Source: the human T2T-CHM13v2.0 reference genome, Homo sapiens
DNA: 64,000 nucleotides
NCBI RefSeq assembly: GCF_009914755.1
Contig: NC_060942.1
Strand: one strand, 5' to 3'
The notes under the pieces are model-generated. The model was not told the origin of the DNA. It made no database searches and saw only the letters and a list, made by a program, of their open reading frames with translations. Position numbers and translations under genes: made by a program. Positions 14,881-28,298 of the stretch are shown piece by piece (the first letter of the stretch is position 1; every line of letters begins with the position of its first letter).

Positions 14881-15767
14881 AATCTTATTATGATATTATG
14901 TATCATTATTATCATTACTGCTATGATAGCAGTTTTACAATCTTAACAACTTTACCTGGACACACCTGGCATTTTCTGAACACTATGAAATTTAAATGTA
15001 TATTTAAATGTATATCACATTAGGTTCTACAGTAGCTGTTAAAATAGTTCTATGCTTGGTTTACCCCAAATATATGCTTAATTTTTAGAATACAAGCTAA
15101 TTAGCTGCTCCTTTGCCAAAAGATAAACTGAAAGAATATGGAATAATAAGAACAGAATAAAAACTCTAAGTAACAAAATAATATTTTGGGGGCACCTCTT
15201 AAATGGAGGGAGTACAGTGTTCACACTGGTGCTCTAAGCTGGGTGTGCGAGACAGAGCTGCTCTTGCTTTCCTGTTCTGTCATATCAGTGCATCTCTAAA
15301 GGCAACACACCATATATAAGTATGAAGTTCTGGCTTCAGACAAAACTGCATTACCCTAGGATTGACTCAGCAGGTTGGCACACTTCTGAATATATTCGCA
15401 GTGTATCCACAGAGGAAAATAATAAACTTCACTCACAAAAAGAGACACAGACTCTTGGTTATACAAATAAAGGTTCAAGATAAAGGGATTTGGGGTGGAT
15501 CATAGTGTGTGTCTGTGAGATTGCCTCAATTCAGGCCCACATCTACCTATGTGGCTGAAATATGAAGGAAGTACTATAAAACCTATGGCTTTATCATCAT
15601 AGAGGATCATGCATGTAAGCCGTCCACAGCATAGAGGAAGCGGCGGCACAGGGAAGGAAGCAGCCCTCCCAAGAGACGGGAACAGCAGTGCTATCTTGGT
15701 GCCGGCTTGCGAGAGTAGGCATGGTGCTAACAAAATTGGCAAAGGCTGTTGAGGCTGCAGCCACACA

Positions 15768-15788
15768 CTCAGCACCCTGGACAGCGTC
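15768..15788 (+). promoter_or_regulatory. RE1/NRSE (REST-binding site)
   Basis: CTCAGCACCCTGGACAGCGTC vs consensus TTCAGCACCACGGACAGCGCC; both half-sites intact with canonical 2-nt spacer. Confidence 0.8.
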
Positions 15789-16169
15789 CAAACCCCAGAA
15801 ACGGGTTGGCAGGGAGGCCACAACTTCAGAGACATCAGTAGCGCCACATGTGTTTTCAGAAAAATTTTGTGAGATCACCTTTGCTGGGCGGTGAAAGGGA
15901 CCAGGGCATCTAAACAAGGAGTCCAAAAAACAAACACAAATGACAAAAATAACAATGATCATAAGGTCTGAGGGTTGGCTTACAATTCCTCAATGAACAG
16001 ATGTATTACAGAAGACTGCCAGAATTTTTTAGGAGCAGCTTTTGGTGTGGAGGTAGGATGTGGTGGGGAGGGGATGGATTTCTCCAGGTTACAGGCAAAG
16101 CATATGAAAATCTGTCTTAATCCTGATTCCTAGTTGAACTGAGTCTTGCATAAAGCAACAAAAGATGAA

Positions 16170-17590
16170 TTTTAACCACCTCCACTTTGACTGCATTTTC
16201 CCTCAAATTCACCATCTCCTCTTTCTTAATCCTTCCATCACAAGATTCCTTTCACAGAAAAGGTTTCCGAAAGATTATGCTACACTTATGGGTTCCAGTT
16301 GTTCACTTTTTATCCCCTATTTTCTTCTCTGAACATTGAGTTTTCATTTACCACTGCAGGAAAAACTGTACTTGATAGGGTTGTCAATTATGCCTTCTGA
16401 CTGCAAAATCTTCTTCATGAGGTATACTATTACCTCATCAAGGTAACAGAATATGTCTCTTCCTCTTGGTTTTCAAGACCCCCTTACCCCACTACCTGAT
16501 ACTTCACTATGCTCTTCTGGCCAGCCATTTCAGTATTTATTTCTGGCTCCTCAAACAACAGCCCATCTATTCACTTGCCAGCAAACCTACTCAGATGGTC
16601 TGTCTTCGTCCTTCTCGATATTTCTTAGCTGAGCAATACCATCCACATCCATGATTTCTACCACCACCTCCATACCAGTGACTAACACATCTGATTCCAC
16701 AGACCACATCTTCTTACAATGTAAAATCCTATTTAACAACTGAAGCCACAACAATGAATGAAAATGATCTATTTCTTCATAGAATTACAGTCTGGTGTGT
16801 CAGATAAAAGACACTGGGTTAACTCCACTTCCACATCTCAAAGGTACCTCAAATGAAAGATGTAGCAATATAACTCACTGTCTCTTCCTTCAGACAATCA
16901 GACAGCATATGTTATAAATTTTAACATCTCTGTAATTCTGAAGCTGTATCTCCCTGTGCATATTCAATGCTACCACTAGTACTTTAATTCACCTGGACAT
17001 CTTTTACAGCTTCCCAACTCATCAACAATTCCACCCTCTCCCAATATACTTTCTATCTTGTGATCCAATGGTGATTCTATGTCTCAAATGTGATAATTTT
17101 CGTATCTAAAATATTTTGGCAGTTTCATTGTTTCAAGACTAAACTCAATTAGATTAGCATAAAAAACACTCACATACATCTTGTATAACTTTTCCAAACA
17201 TATTCCTCATTACGTTTCTGTGCAAAGCTTTTATTTCACGCAAACTAAATCACTTGCAATTTTTGTGGTGGAAAAGCAATGCCAGTATTTGTCTTTGGGT
17301 ATTGTAGTCATATAGTTTAGAACTTCCCTTTCATGCCTTCTTCCTAGGTAACTCTTCTAAGTGCTTCAATATAAGTGTTGGTGTTGTCTCTTGAAAGTGT
17401 TATTCTATATTGTAGCATAGTTTGAGTTAAAGGCCCTTACTTCCTTAAAGTGATGTACTTATCTTTATTATGACAAAATCACATGGTACTCCCTGTTTCC
17501 CTAAGTAGGATATAAATAGTGTCTGATTTTCAATTATTTGTTAACTCTAGTGCTTAGCACATTAGTAAATGAATAATTGATAGATGAATT
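16170..17590 (+). mobile_element. L2 fragments
   Basis: C/T-rich L2 ORF2-like sequence ending tagtgcttagcacattagtaaatgaat. Confidence 0.6.
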
Positions 17591-19500
17591 GGATGATATA
17601 TTCAGAATTCTTGCTAATTCTCCAATTTCCTAATTCTTAAAATTTGAGGCCATATAAAATAATTTGTAATTCTTAAAAAAGTAGAATAAAAATCACCCTA
17701 AAATTTATTTAAAAATTCCACAACAGCACTCTAAAAAATTTAATATGACTCAAAATATTTTGGGAAAAACATTATTGTTTGTAACAGTTAGTAAGTCTCA
17801 GGTCTGAAATTAGAGAAAGGTGCATTACACTCATAAAGATCAAGTTTTTTTCTTTTTCCCCCTCAGTGATATAAACCCTTCAGATTTTATTTACCTACAT
17901 TTATCTCTCAGGAAAAACCACTTCTAAATAATACTTCAAAAGAATTAAAAAATAGCCAAGTAGTCCTCTTTAGATTTTATTAACCCATACATTGCAATAA
18001 GCAGATCTTACGACTCTGTCTCTTGAGCTTCTAGGTAACATCTGGTAGTTGATGTGTCTAAGTCCTGTTACACAACATTTTCTGGCTTCTTAGTGTCATC
18101 CAAGGGATTGATGTTTGACTAGACTAACCCAATTTATTCTGCCTGCTGCTCTCATTTGTATAGGCTGCTATTAATGGACAGGCTGAAGTATGGTTGATTA
18201 CAATTCACTTTTTAGTACCAAACTTTATAGTGTTGAGGTTTATATGCATATTTTCACATGTATAGTAGAGCAGTGTAATAAACATACAGATTTATACACA
18301 AATTAATCATAGTCATGTTTTCTGAACAGACAGATACACTTTATAAAAAATTGTCTCATAATTTATATAGTCTAGAATTCAGGCTTCTATTTCCAAAATG
18401 GATGACATTTTTAGAAGGCTATGTAAATGTCTCTAATGCTCTTCATATTCTCAACACTCAGTTGAAAAATGGGTCATCAATTCAAGAGATGGACTGTAGT
18501 CTCCATAGTCTCCACACAGCTCTAACCTATTACTTTTGTGAATTCAACTTAAAGACTCCATATATATGTTATTTAAATTCTCTGTAATCATCGGTAGAAC
18601 TGGAGGAAACTTTGACGCATCTGTATATTGATACATCCATACAAAACAGCTTTCCCAAAATATGAATCTACCGTTTTTCACTGCCAAGCTGTTTGAGTCA
18701 TAGATATTTCTGACATTTAAGCACTTCACCTGGTTAAATCCTCCTACTTTAGATCTGTACTTGAATGCTAATATTTCAAGAAGACTTTCTCTGACCTCTA
18801 GGCCGTTAAGTTATTTTGCTGTATTCTCTGATATCATCCTATTTTCTCCAGTATGACCCCAAATGCTTTATTCTACTTTAATGTCACATTTCCCACTAAA
18901 CTACAAGCTCTATCTTCTTCATTCTAATCTGCCCTATTTTGAACCATGCTTGCACCATAATAATTCTGAAGTAAAACTGGTTTAGTAAATGAATTCTGAC
19001 TCCATTACCGTCTCTCACTAACTCCCTGTTGCTCAATGCTTTTCTGACTCTCACGACATCCCCGAACCCAACTACAGGCCTGCCACATTGCTCATACTCT
19101 CCTATTATCTCAGGTTCTCAGTAGTGGGGTGAGAACCAGAAGAGGATATGACTCAGGGATGGCATGGAATTTTTGTCGTGCATATATCCGCTGACTTTCA
19201 AAAACTGAAAAATTAATGCCTTCTTTGGGGGCCTACTAAACTAGTCTTCATTTTAAAACAACTGTGTACAACTGAAGACTCTAAACGTCCCTGCACGAAA
19301 TAGCTGTTGTAGCATCCCCATACAAAACATTATTATATATCTCATTAACTAGCTCAATTTCTTTCTTGAAAATATGTATTTTCACACTTACGACTTCCAC
19401 CTCTTTAACATTCCTATGATAAATTAGCAAGTCCAAAGTGAATACAACATTTTAACACCCAACCTACAAGAGACAGATATATTTTCATTTAGATACTCGT

Positions 19501-19506
19501 TTTATT
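19501..19506 (-). terminator. Candidate poly(A) signal ending the soluble-isoform 3' UTR (~1.3 kb terminal exon)
   Basis: AATAAA on minus strand followed ~25-45 nt downstream by GU-rich TGTCTCTTGTAGGTTGGGTGTT. Confidence 0.5.
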
Positions 19507-20169
19507 ATTTAAAGAAAGGCTTAGTTGTGTTACTTGTATTATTGTCTTGGCAGACTTTAAAATCAATACTCTGGTATTTAGAGCTTCGGACAATATTTTT
19601 GTTTAAAAAACATTTTAATATTTTAATAAAATACAACATATATGCATATTAGTGTACTGTAAAATACGTATTAATTGCAAAATAAGTTTTAACTATCCTT
19701 AAAATGATAATATTGACTATCCCTACAATAATAACAGAAAAAATTTCATAAATGACAAAACTGTAGTTTAACCAGTTACTTTTTAGAAAGAAAGGAAAAG
19801 AGACATTAAATAGGTAAAGGTTTAGAAACCAGATAATAGATTTAATGAAGGGAGTATAAGAAAATTTCACTGAAATTTAAAAAGAACACAGAAAAACATA
19901 TCTGGGGCAAACAGCAATTTCATTTTTAAATTATGTGACACTTAAGAAAGTTAATCAACTATTCTGAATATTAATTACTACATATAATATAAAAGCAATG
20001 AAAATCATGTAGTAATCTATTTCACAACACTATTACTCAGATCAAAGTCATGTTGGAGCTACAGGAAATTTATGTTTATAATTACTTAATTCATTTATGT
20101 ATTTTTAGTTCTTCAGTCATCTTCAACTTTCTCTCGGAATGGGCGAATAATAATACGCTCTCTTCAGCT

Positions 20170-21230
20170 TTTACTGTTTGATTGTTTGAGCAAAATGTGT
20201 TAAATACATGTTAATTCCCAGTCCATGGCGATAAGAAACTAAAGCAAAACTCCTCAGCTGAAGAATTCACAATATTTTGGGGAGAGTGGAGACTATTATA
20301 ATAAAAAGATTGTAATACAAGAATAAATTATCGAAAAAGATTATATAATTATAATCTTTTAATATCATATATAAAATAACATTTAAAATAATATATTACA
20401 TAAAACAATATAATTTAACACAATATTACATAAAATATAATATTATATTAAAAGATTATAATACAAGAAGTCCCTCACATAGGAGAATGGTGAGGAAAGG
20501 AATCCTGGGGAAAATTGAACCTTCATCTGGGTTTCAAGGTAGGAGTTCTAATTTACTAAGTCCGAATATGTGGCAAACTTTCTCCAGAAAGATTGAGCAA
20601 ACAGCATTTTCAAGGGCACAAATCGTGGTGCACCTGGAGATCAGCATGTGTGCTTCAAGATGGTGTTAGATCAACGTTCTGGGCACCACAGCATCCAGAG
20701 ATGAGATGATGGAGAAGGAGAGATCACGAAACACTCTGTAGATCCTGCTAAGGAGTTTGCCTTTTATTCTGGAGGCAAAGAGGTAATTAAAGAAGTTTAA
20801 TTAGACCAGTATATGATCAGGCATGAATTGTAGGAAGTCCACTTTAACAGCTGTTTGGGTAATACAGGAGGAGCAAATCCAAAGTAGGAATACAAGTTAA
20901 AACTCCTGTTTATTCTATTCTAGTAACTCAGGTATGAAATTAGGAAAGCCTGAATTAGTGCTGAGGTAGAAAGCTAAGACATAGATTCAAGGAATAATTA
21001 GAAAGCCTTTCTGAAGGATGTAGAGGTGAAATGAGAAGGAAGAATGATGGGTATTTCTACGGTTTATTGTTTGGTAAGCCCGAAGTTGGCAGAACCATTA
21101 CTCCAAATATAAATGCAGAACAAAAGCATTACCTTCTTGCAAAAATATTGATATTCTTAAATTTGAGGAAGAAATGGGACATTCAAGTAAAAACTGCAGT
21201 AACTGTAGAAATAAATGGGTGAGAAGAAAA
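20170..21230 (-). mobile_element. L2 (sense to NETO1) hosting the alternative terminal exon acceptor
   Basis: Minus strand ctgatcat...ctttgcctccagaataaaaggcaaactcctt aligns by eye to L2 ctgatcatgtc...cattgccctcagaataaagtccaaactcctt. Confidence 0.75.
20764..20768 (-). CDS. NETO1: Coding part of alternative terminal exon of soluble NETO1 isoform (G|AA TAA = Glu-stop)
   Basis: ctctttgcctccag|AATAA; CTAAT branch-like motif at 20804-20800; ~70 nt AG-free zone; with exons 1b-4 gives a 156-aa CUB1-only protein, consistent with the soluble isoform I recall from the literature. Confidence 0.7.
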
Positions 21231-21559
21231 TTATATTTCATGTATATTCTTCCACGTGTCGACACTATAACTAATGTTTGGAAAACACATATGATTTATG
21301 GTTACTTCCTTAGAAATCCCACAGGGTCGTGAGAGGAAAACAAATAAATACGTAAAGAGATAATTACAACACAGTGTGAGAGGGCAACAAGAAACATGCA
21401 TATCTCTTACAGTGATAACACTGAGACGGGGCAGCTTCTTGGCCTTGACGTAGGAAGAGGGAAGGGGTAAAAGGAACGGAATGACTCAAGGAGTAGTATT
21501 CAGGGAAAATTCATAAAAGACAGAATTTCTCAAGTAGGCCATCTTCCAGTACTTGGATT

Positions 21560-22520
21560 TGAGCACAGCCCATGCTGTAGACTCACCGCCTTCTTTTAGA
21601 GCCCAGACGTGCCCTGCTGCTTCTCACCTCTGAGCAAAAATTTTGCACAGGCTGTTTCCACTGCCCAGGGTGCTCCCCCTTTCTCTGCCAGCCCGTGATC
21701 CACCATTCTTCTGCGTGGTTGACTTCCATCAACCTATCAACCTCAACTTGAAGTCTCTTTTTCAGGGAAGTCTTATACTTATCTCATAAGTTAGTTCAGG
21801 TACACTTGTCATACTCTCCTTATACATTTTCTTCTTCTCCTTTACCCCACTTATTGTAACTTTAATTAATGATTTAAATATGTGACTTAATATTTCTAAC
21901 TGAGGTTCTTAAGACTGAGGTCCACATTGGTCTGGATATTCACCGTGTTCCCAGTACCTAGTACAGTAGAAGCTTACATAGAACAAGTACATAATATTTA
22001 TCTGATTAATAAATGTATAAATAAATGAACGAGTTAAGAAGGACATCACAGGCAGGATAAACATAAACCAAAGCACAGAATATTTATATTGCAAATCGTT
22101 TTGCATGAATGGAGGACTTGTTTCAGAGGGAGGATACTGAAGGAAGGCTGGTTGTACAGACAGGGATGAGAGTGTTAAAGCCCTTGATTGTCATGGTAAG
22201 AAACGGTATACTAAGCTACTGAGCGATTTTAATCCGGGGATGGATACAATCAGATTTTTGTTTCGTATATCTCGGATCTAACTCTGCTACATCAATAGAA
22301 AAGATGTTTGAAAGAAAGGAGATAGCTATTAAATTTGATCAGGTGAGATACTGGGTACAAAAACAAATGTAATGCCTGTAGGAATGGAGAAAAGGAAAAG
22401 CACATGAGAAGTTTTAGAATGCAGATCCCCCAGGAATCCGTGACTGACTGAAGATAGAAGGAAAAGGATAAGTCAAATATGTCTCGTGTGATGTGGACTT
22501 GAATTTCTGTGTAAATATTG
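21560..22520. mobile_element. Two L2 fragments in opposite orientations
   Basis: + copy ends ttcaccgtgttcccagtacctagtacagt...taaatgaa; - copy has aatcagatttttgttt and ctctgctac. Confidence 0.6.
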
Positions 22521-23311
22521 TGCTAATCTTCAATAAATCAAGATGTATTATTGTTCAACAGAATAATAATATTCTATTGTTCACAAGAGAATATTGTGCT
22601 ATTGTTCAATAAACAGGAAAAAACTTGTGCTTGGGGTATTTTTCAGAATGTGGCATTCATTTGGGGATCTGGGGCAAATGAACTCAAGTTTGGACATCAT
22701 AAACATGTGCAGGGTACATCTAGGGAATTCCTGGTACATAGCTCTGAATTCTGAATTGAATTTCCATAGAAAATGCAGTAAGATAAATAAGCGAATGCCA
22801 AGTGGTCTGGATATAAGAAAAAATAATCATTGCATTGGTCAGTAAAATAAAAACTGAGTCAAAGTATTATTCTTCCTTACGGTGACAATATCTGTGACTA
22901 AACCTAATTAATCATTTTGATTTTCATAGGACGAACTGCACAGAAGTTAACAGCAACGGTTTAGAGTCAGACAACACAAGATTGAAATTTTTAGGCTGCA
23001 ATTTTTAAAGTGGCTGATTTTTGGTCAAAGTTTCTTAGCTTTCCCAAGCTTCTATTTTCTTAATTATAATATAGGAATATAGTTATATATGTAACTGATT
23101 TACTGAACTTATCTGTATGGTATTCAAAGAATAATAATATTACTTTATTTCCAATTATATGCTCTGGCTAATGTAGAATTTCCTTTTCCTTGTCCTTGAA
23201 TGAGAGCTTGGGGGGATCCTATAGATTTTCAGTTCTTAAAAAACAAACACCACCACCAACAAAAACCTTTTAGGACTCACTTTCTGATAGTAAAGCTGCG
23301 TAAGAGCCAAC

Positions 23312-23543
23312 AGCCACACAAAACATTCTCCCTCCCCATCACCATCCCCTATGACAGGTATCTCTACAATAGCTACACAAAACATTCTCCGTCCCCATCA
23401 CCATCCCCTATGACAGGTATCTCTACAATAGCCACACAAAACATTCTCCCTCCCCATCACCATCCCCTATGACAGGTATCTCTACAATAGCCACACAAAA
23501 CATTCTCCGTCCCCATCACCATCCCCTATGACAGGTATCTCTA
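23312..23543. repeat. 59-bp minisatellite, ~3.9 copies
   Basis: Unit agccacacaaaacattctcc(c/g)tccccatcaccatcccctatgacaggtatctctacaat starting at 23312, 23371, 23430, 23489. Confidence 0.97.
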
Positions 23544-26500
23544 TGAGAGACCTACAGAAAGAAAAAGGAAACAAGCCTGTCCTCCTTCTTCCTGGTTCCC
23601 TCACCCCTCTCATCTTCTGCAACTCCCTAGCTAAGAAAGAGGTTAAAGACAAAGGAGAAAAAGTTTGTACCTTTAGCTGGTGATATTTGTGGTTAACTCT
23701 AGGCTTCAGATGAATACATTGTGAGTGGCAGGTATTTACATCACGGTTCTCACTCAGAGGACATAGTTATGTGAGTACTTTGGACTCCTTCCTGACCAAT
23801 TCTCTTTGACTGACATCTTAAGATGAGCCTTGTGACATCTCTAGGTTTCATCTCCCTGATATGCCACCTGGATGGGCAGGTTCTTTCAAGATGGTTTCAG
23901 CAGTGACCACTTGGCTTGTAGGTAACTTATACATTATTGTTAAACCAAGAGGTGGTAGTACAGGCTTGACTTAGTGCTTCCTGCACACTTCTACTGTCAT
24001 CCCAGGCTCCTCCGCCCAGACTCCAGCCTGTGAAATTTTTCTAGTAAGAAGTGGGCACCATTCCCTTTGCTTGTATGCTTCTAAACCCTAAGGCATGAAC
24101 TCTCTCGTTGCACTGTTCCAGTGCATCTTGGTGCTACTGGTTCTCTTAGAGAATCCCTAGCCAGGATAAAAATGCTTCTACTCTAAGACTTTGTAAATTT
24201 CAGTTTTCCATTTAATAAAGCCTAGTGGAAAGTTAAAAGTTAAATATGAAGCACAAACTCATTCACTTAAATTTTATTCAACAATTGTCTTTAGAATTTT
24301 AGGAAGTTTTTTTATTTACCTATTTCTCTCAACCGTAAAGTTTTCATTAAAATTTTGGAGCAACAGGGAAAATTAAATTCTGCTATACTCATGATAATTA
24401 TTCATCCTTCAGGATTGTTTTAGAAGCTAAAACAGATAAAGCATAAATGATCTAAAAAGATTTTGCCCGTTGTTATTCTTATTTTCCTACTGTACCACTA
24501 AGCATTCACAACCGCTTGACCTTTAACAAATTTAAACTGTTGCTTAATGTCAAAAGAAAGTTAATAAAATAAATGATCAATTTTTTTATCCCAAGGCTGT
24601 TGTTAAGAACTGGGTATCAAGGAGAAACTCTACTGAGTATGAAATGAAGAATCTGAATCCCAGTATGAGTAAAAAGAAGCAAGAAGAATTTAAAGTTATA
24701 AAGAGTGGGTTTGGATATTAGCTCTCCAGTTATTAGTTGTATCAATGTGCATAAGCCACTTAACTACTCCAAAATTTGAATGATTCATCTATATAACAGG
24801 AACACAGGAAAAACGATATAATTTTGTTTTGAAAAATCAAGGGATAAATGTTCCTAAAAGCAGTTTTAATGGAACAGTGAACAATTTTACAATTTTAAAA
24901 CACTGAAGCTGCAACACTCTTGGATGACAGAAAGTTCTATGCATCTCTTTGAGAACTGGAGGTCTAAGTGCCTAAAGGACTCCTAAGGTCACATGGACAA
25001 GTTCTTGATCCAGGGCCTATCAGAACATGGGCTTTGAAGGTGAGATAACTTTCTCTTATTTCAGTAAAACTCCTCATTTGCCTCTAAAATGCCTATTTCT
25101 TTTAACTGTTGTCACATGAAAGGTGCAGACACCCTCCCTAAGGTATAGATAGAGTGTAAATAGAGTAATATCTACATGAAAGGAACAGAAAAATGGGAAG
25201 AGGCAAACTTTTCCTGTGATCCAAATTTTCAAGCATGTTTAAGACATAAGTTTTTTGTCTTAAATTTAACCACAGCCCTTTGTTTTTACCATAATTATAT
25301 TTTCTGTTTGTCTGCTACTCCTGGAGAAGAGGGACAGACTTTTTATCCATTGCTTCCAGTGCCTAATATACAGTAGGTACTCAATGAACATCCAGTTAAT
25401 AAATGCATGAACTATAGGAGCTAAAGAACGCTGCGATGCTGTTGGTCAGTTGTTTCTGCCTCTCTGTAGCTTGTCTTATAGTCTAGAAGTATATCCTCCA
25501 CATTTAATTCCTTTGAAAACAGTATGGTTTTCAGTCTTTGTGAATCCTCATTTAAAATGCAGACTGCCCTAGCTGGAGTGAATAAAAGTCCTCATTATGT
25601 AAAATTCCTCATCAGTAAGGATTGGTTGACAGGGACATTCTCCAGTGAGGACACTAGCTCAGAATAATATCTGCATGATTGAGACACCAGATAAGATTCT
25701 GAGGTGAGAACTGAGGATAAGGAAAGCCTGGCAGACAAGTGAGGAAGTGCAGAAATGGAAGCTACCCACGGGCTCACCACAGTTCCTCCTTTCCATTTGC
25801 TACATGCGGGCAGTTAGGTGACCTAGCCCAGAAGCTATCATCCACATGATCAGAGCACTAATTAAAGGCAAACAAACACTGCAACAAACAAATCGCTGAG
25901 TGCCAGTCAAGTATCTCACATTTCAAGCATCATCCTTCCAACGATATGAGCAATAGGAGGGCAATTACTGAGGGTGATTTATAAAGATCTTAAAAAGCCT
26001 GTTAGTAGCCTAGAGAAATTTTCCACAAATCATGCATTATATAACCCAACAGGAAATTTGAATTTGCTCCAACAGGAAATTCAGAGATTTTTTTTTTAAA
26101 AAGAAAGAACTTCTTGGAAATTATATTCTTAGACTTAACCAACCATTCAGATAAAAGATTGTAGCTAACTGAAGTTTAAAGTAAGGTGAAGTAGGGTAAA
26201 TTTCCTAGTGAGACCAGTCAATGTTTGTTTTAGGGATTCAGGTAGAGTGACTGATATTAGAAATGATCACAATAGTACAGTAAAGAAAATCTTAGTACAC
26301 ACTAAGCAGAACAGGTGAACGTCAACTATCAGATAGTTAAATGTAAGGCTGTTAACTACCATTTGCAGAGTCCCACTAACCCATGTAGTCTTGAGCACTC
26401 TTCTACATAATTTTCAAAAGAGGGAGTTCTTTCCTTGCCCCTATTAGCAGCACAAGCCTCAAGAACAACAGCTGTTTATTTAACTGCCAAGTTTCTGTTT

Positions 26501-26899
26501 TGGTGACAACTCTTCTTCTAGCTGCTGTTTTGGTCTTCAGGGGAATGGAGAGGAGGAAGCTGAAGCCAGGCTGATGGCCAGACTGTGTTTAAAAAATATA
26601 TTTAGGAAATGTGTTTTTTGGTATTTGAAGTAATTACCTAACCCAGGTTCTTGAGAAGCTTGAACAAAATTTGCATTGTGGATCAATGACTTTGCTATTA
26701 TATTTGTGTTTTCTGAGATGGCAGGATGAAATGGTTTCTGAGACCAGTCTATAAACAGGTCCACAGTGAGAGAAGAAGCTGCACAGGATCCTTTCGAACA
26801 GGTTACACTTACAGAATCTTATTTAATCCTTGAGAAATTGGATCAAGCAGTATAACGAGCAATTGGCAGATGAGAAATCAAGCTCAGAAAGGCCATTTT

Positions 26900-27344
<445 letters not shown>

Positions 27345-28252
27345 CTACACCAAGGGCTTGTGCCACCTTGAAATTCACGGCCAAGGAAATGTGACTAAGA
27401 AAAAGGACATTTAGCTCTTTCTGAAATTTTATGAAAAGGTAAAGCTGAATGATGCTATTTTTCCACTTAGTAAAACAAATAAATAAAATGTATACAGAAG
27501 TTTCCTGAGAGGGAGGGAAGATATCTGCACTGTATTTGCAACTTTTCTGTAAGTTTAATATTATTTCAAAATTAATTGTTTTAAGGTATGCAAAAATGCA
27601 GAGTAGTGCCTGTGGGGGGAAATGTTCAAAATAAAGAAGGCTGAAGTCAATTATTACCTCAGTATTTGAAACTGTTATTCATTTTTTTCCACTAGTTGAC
27701 AACACATCGATTGAGGGAATTATTTTCCTGTTGTAAATATTATATATTATATGTATACACATGTATGACAACAAAGAATATTATTGTTACGAGTTTCGAA
27801 TAAACTCATGGGATATAATTTATAAGCACTGTTATTGCTAATATTGATTATTATTTTTGATGGCTAATATGGCGATGGTGATGATGATGATGATGATGCC
27901 ACCAATGATGAAGTCAATAATACCATAATTAAGGTTTTGTAAATCCAGGGGAAATTTTTGCTTAAATCATGATATAGGGACAATTATTAATGTTGTATCA
28001 AAGATGTTAAGAGCATAAAGCAAAGATAAATTCTAGAATCACTGAGAACAACTGAAATCACCCCAATAGAATCACAAAGATTGAACAAATTGGTGTATTT
28101 GAGAAGTTAAGCCTGAAGCCAATAGGCATTTACTTGTTGACAATGGGATAGCTCAACATGTAAAAATCTCAGCTTTGCTAGAGAGATGAATCTGGGTTCT
28201 TCATTTAAACATTTTAAGTCTTTTAATCCCAAATAAGGATGGCAATAATACG

Positions 28253-28298
28253 TCATAGGTATAGCACACCTCATAGGTATAGCATACCTCATAGGTAT
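28253..28298. repeat. 18-bp tandem repeat, ~2.5 copies
   Basis: tcataggtatagca(c/t)acc repeated. Confidence 0.85.

Noticed and set aside
23312-23543. Regular repeat as a CRISPR-like array
   Set aside because: No unique spacers; contiguous tandem units in mammalian DNA
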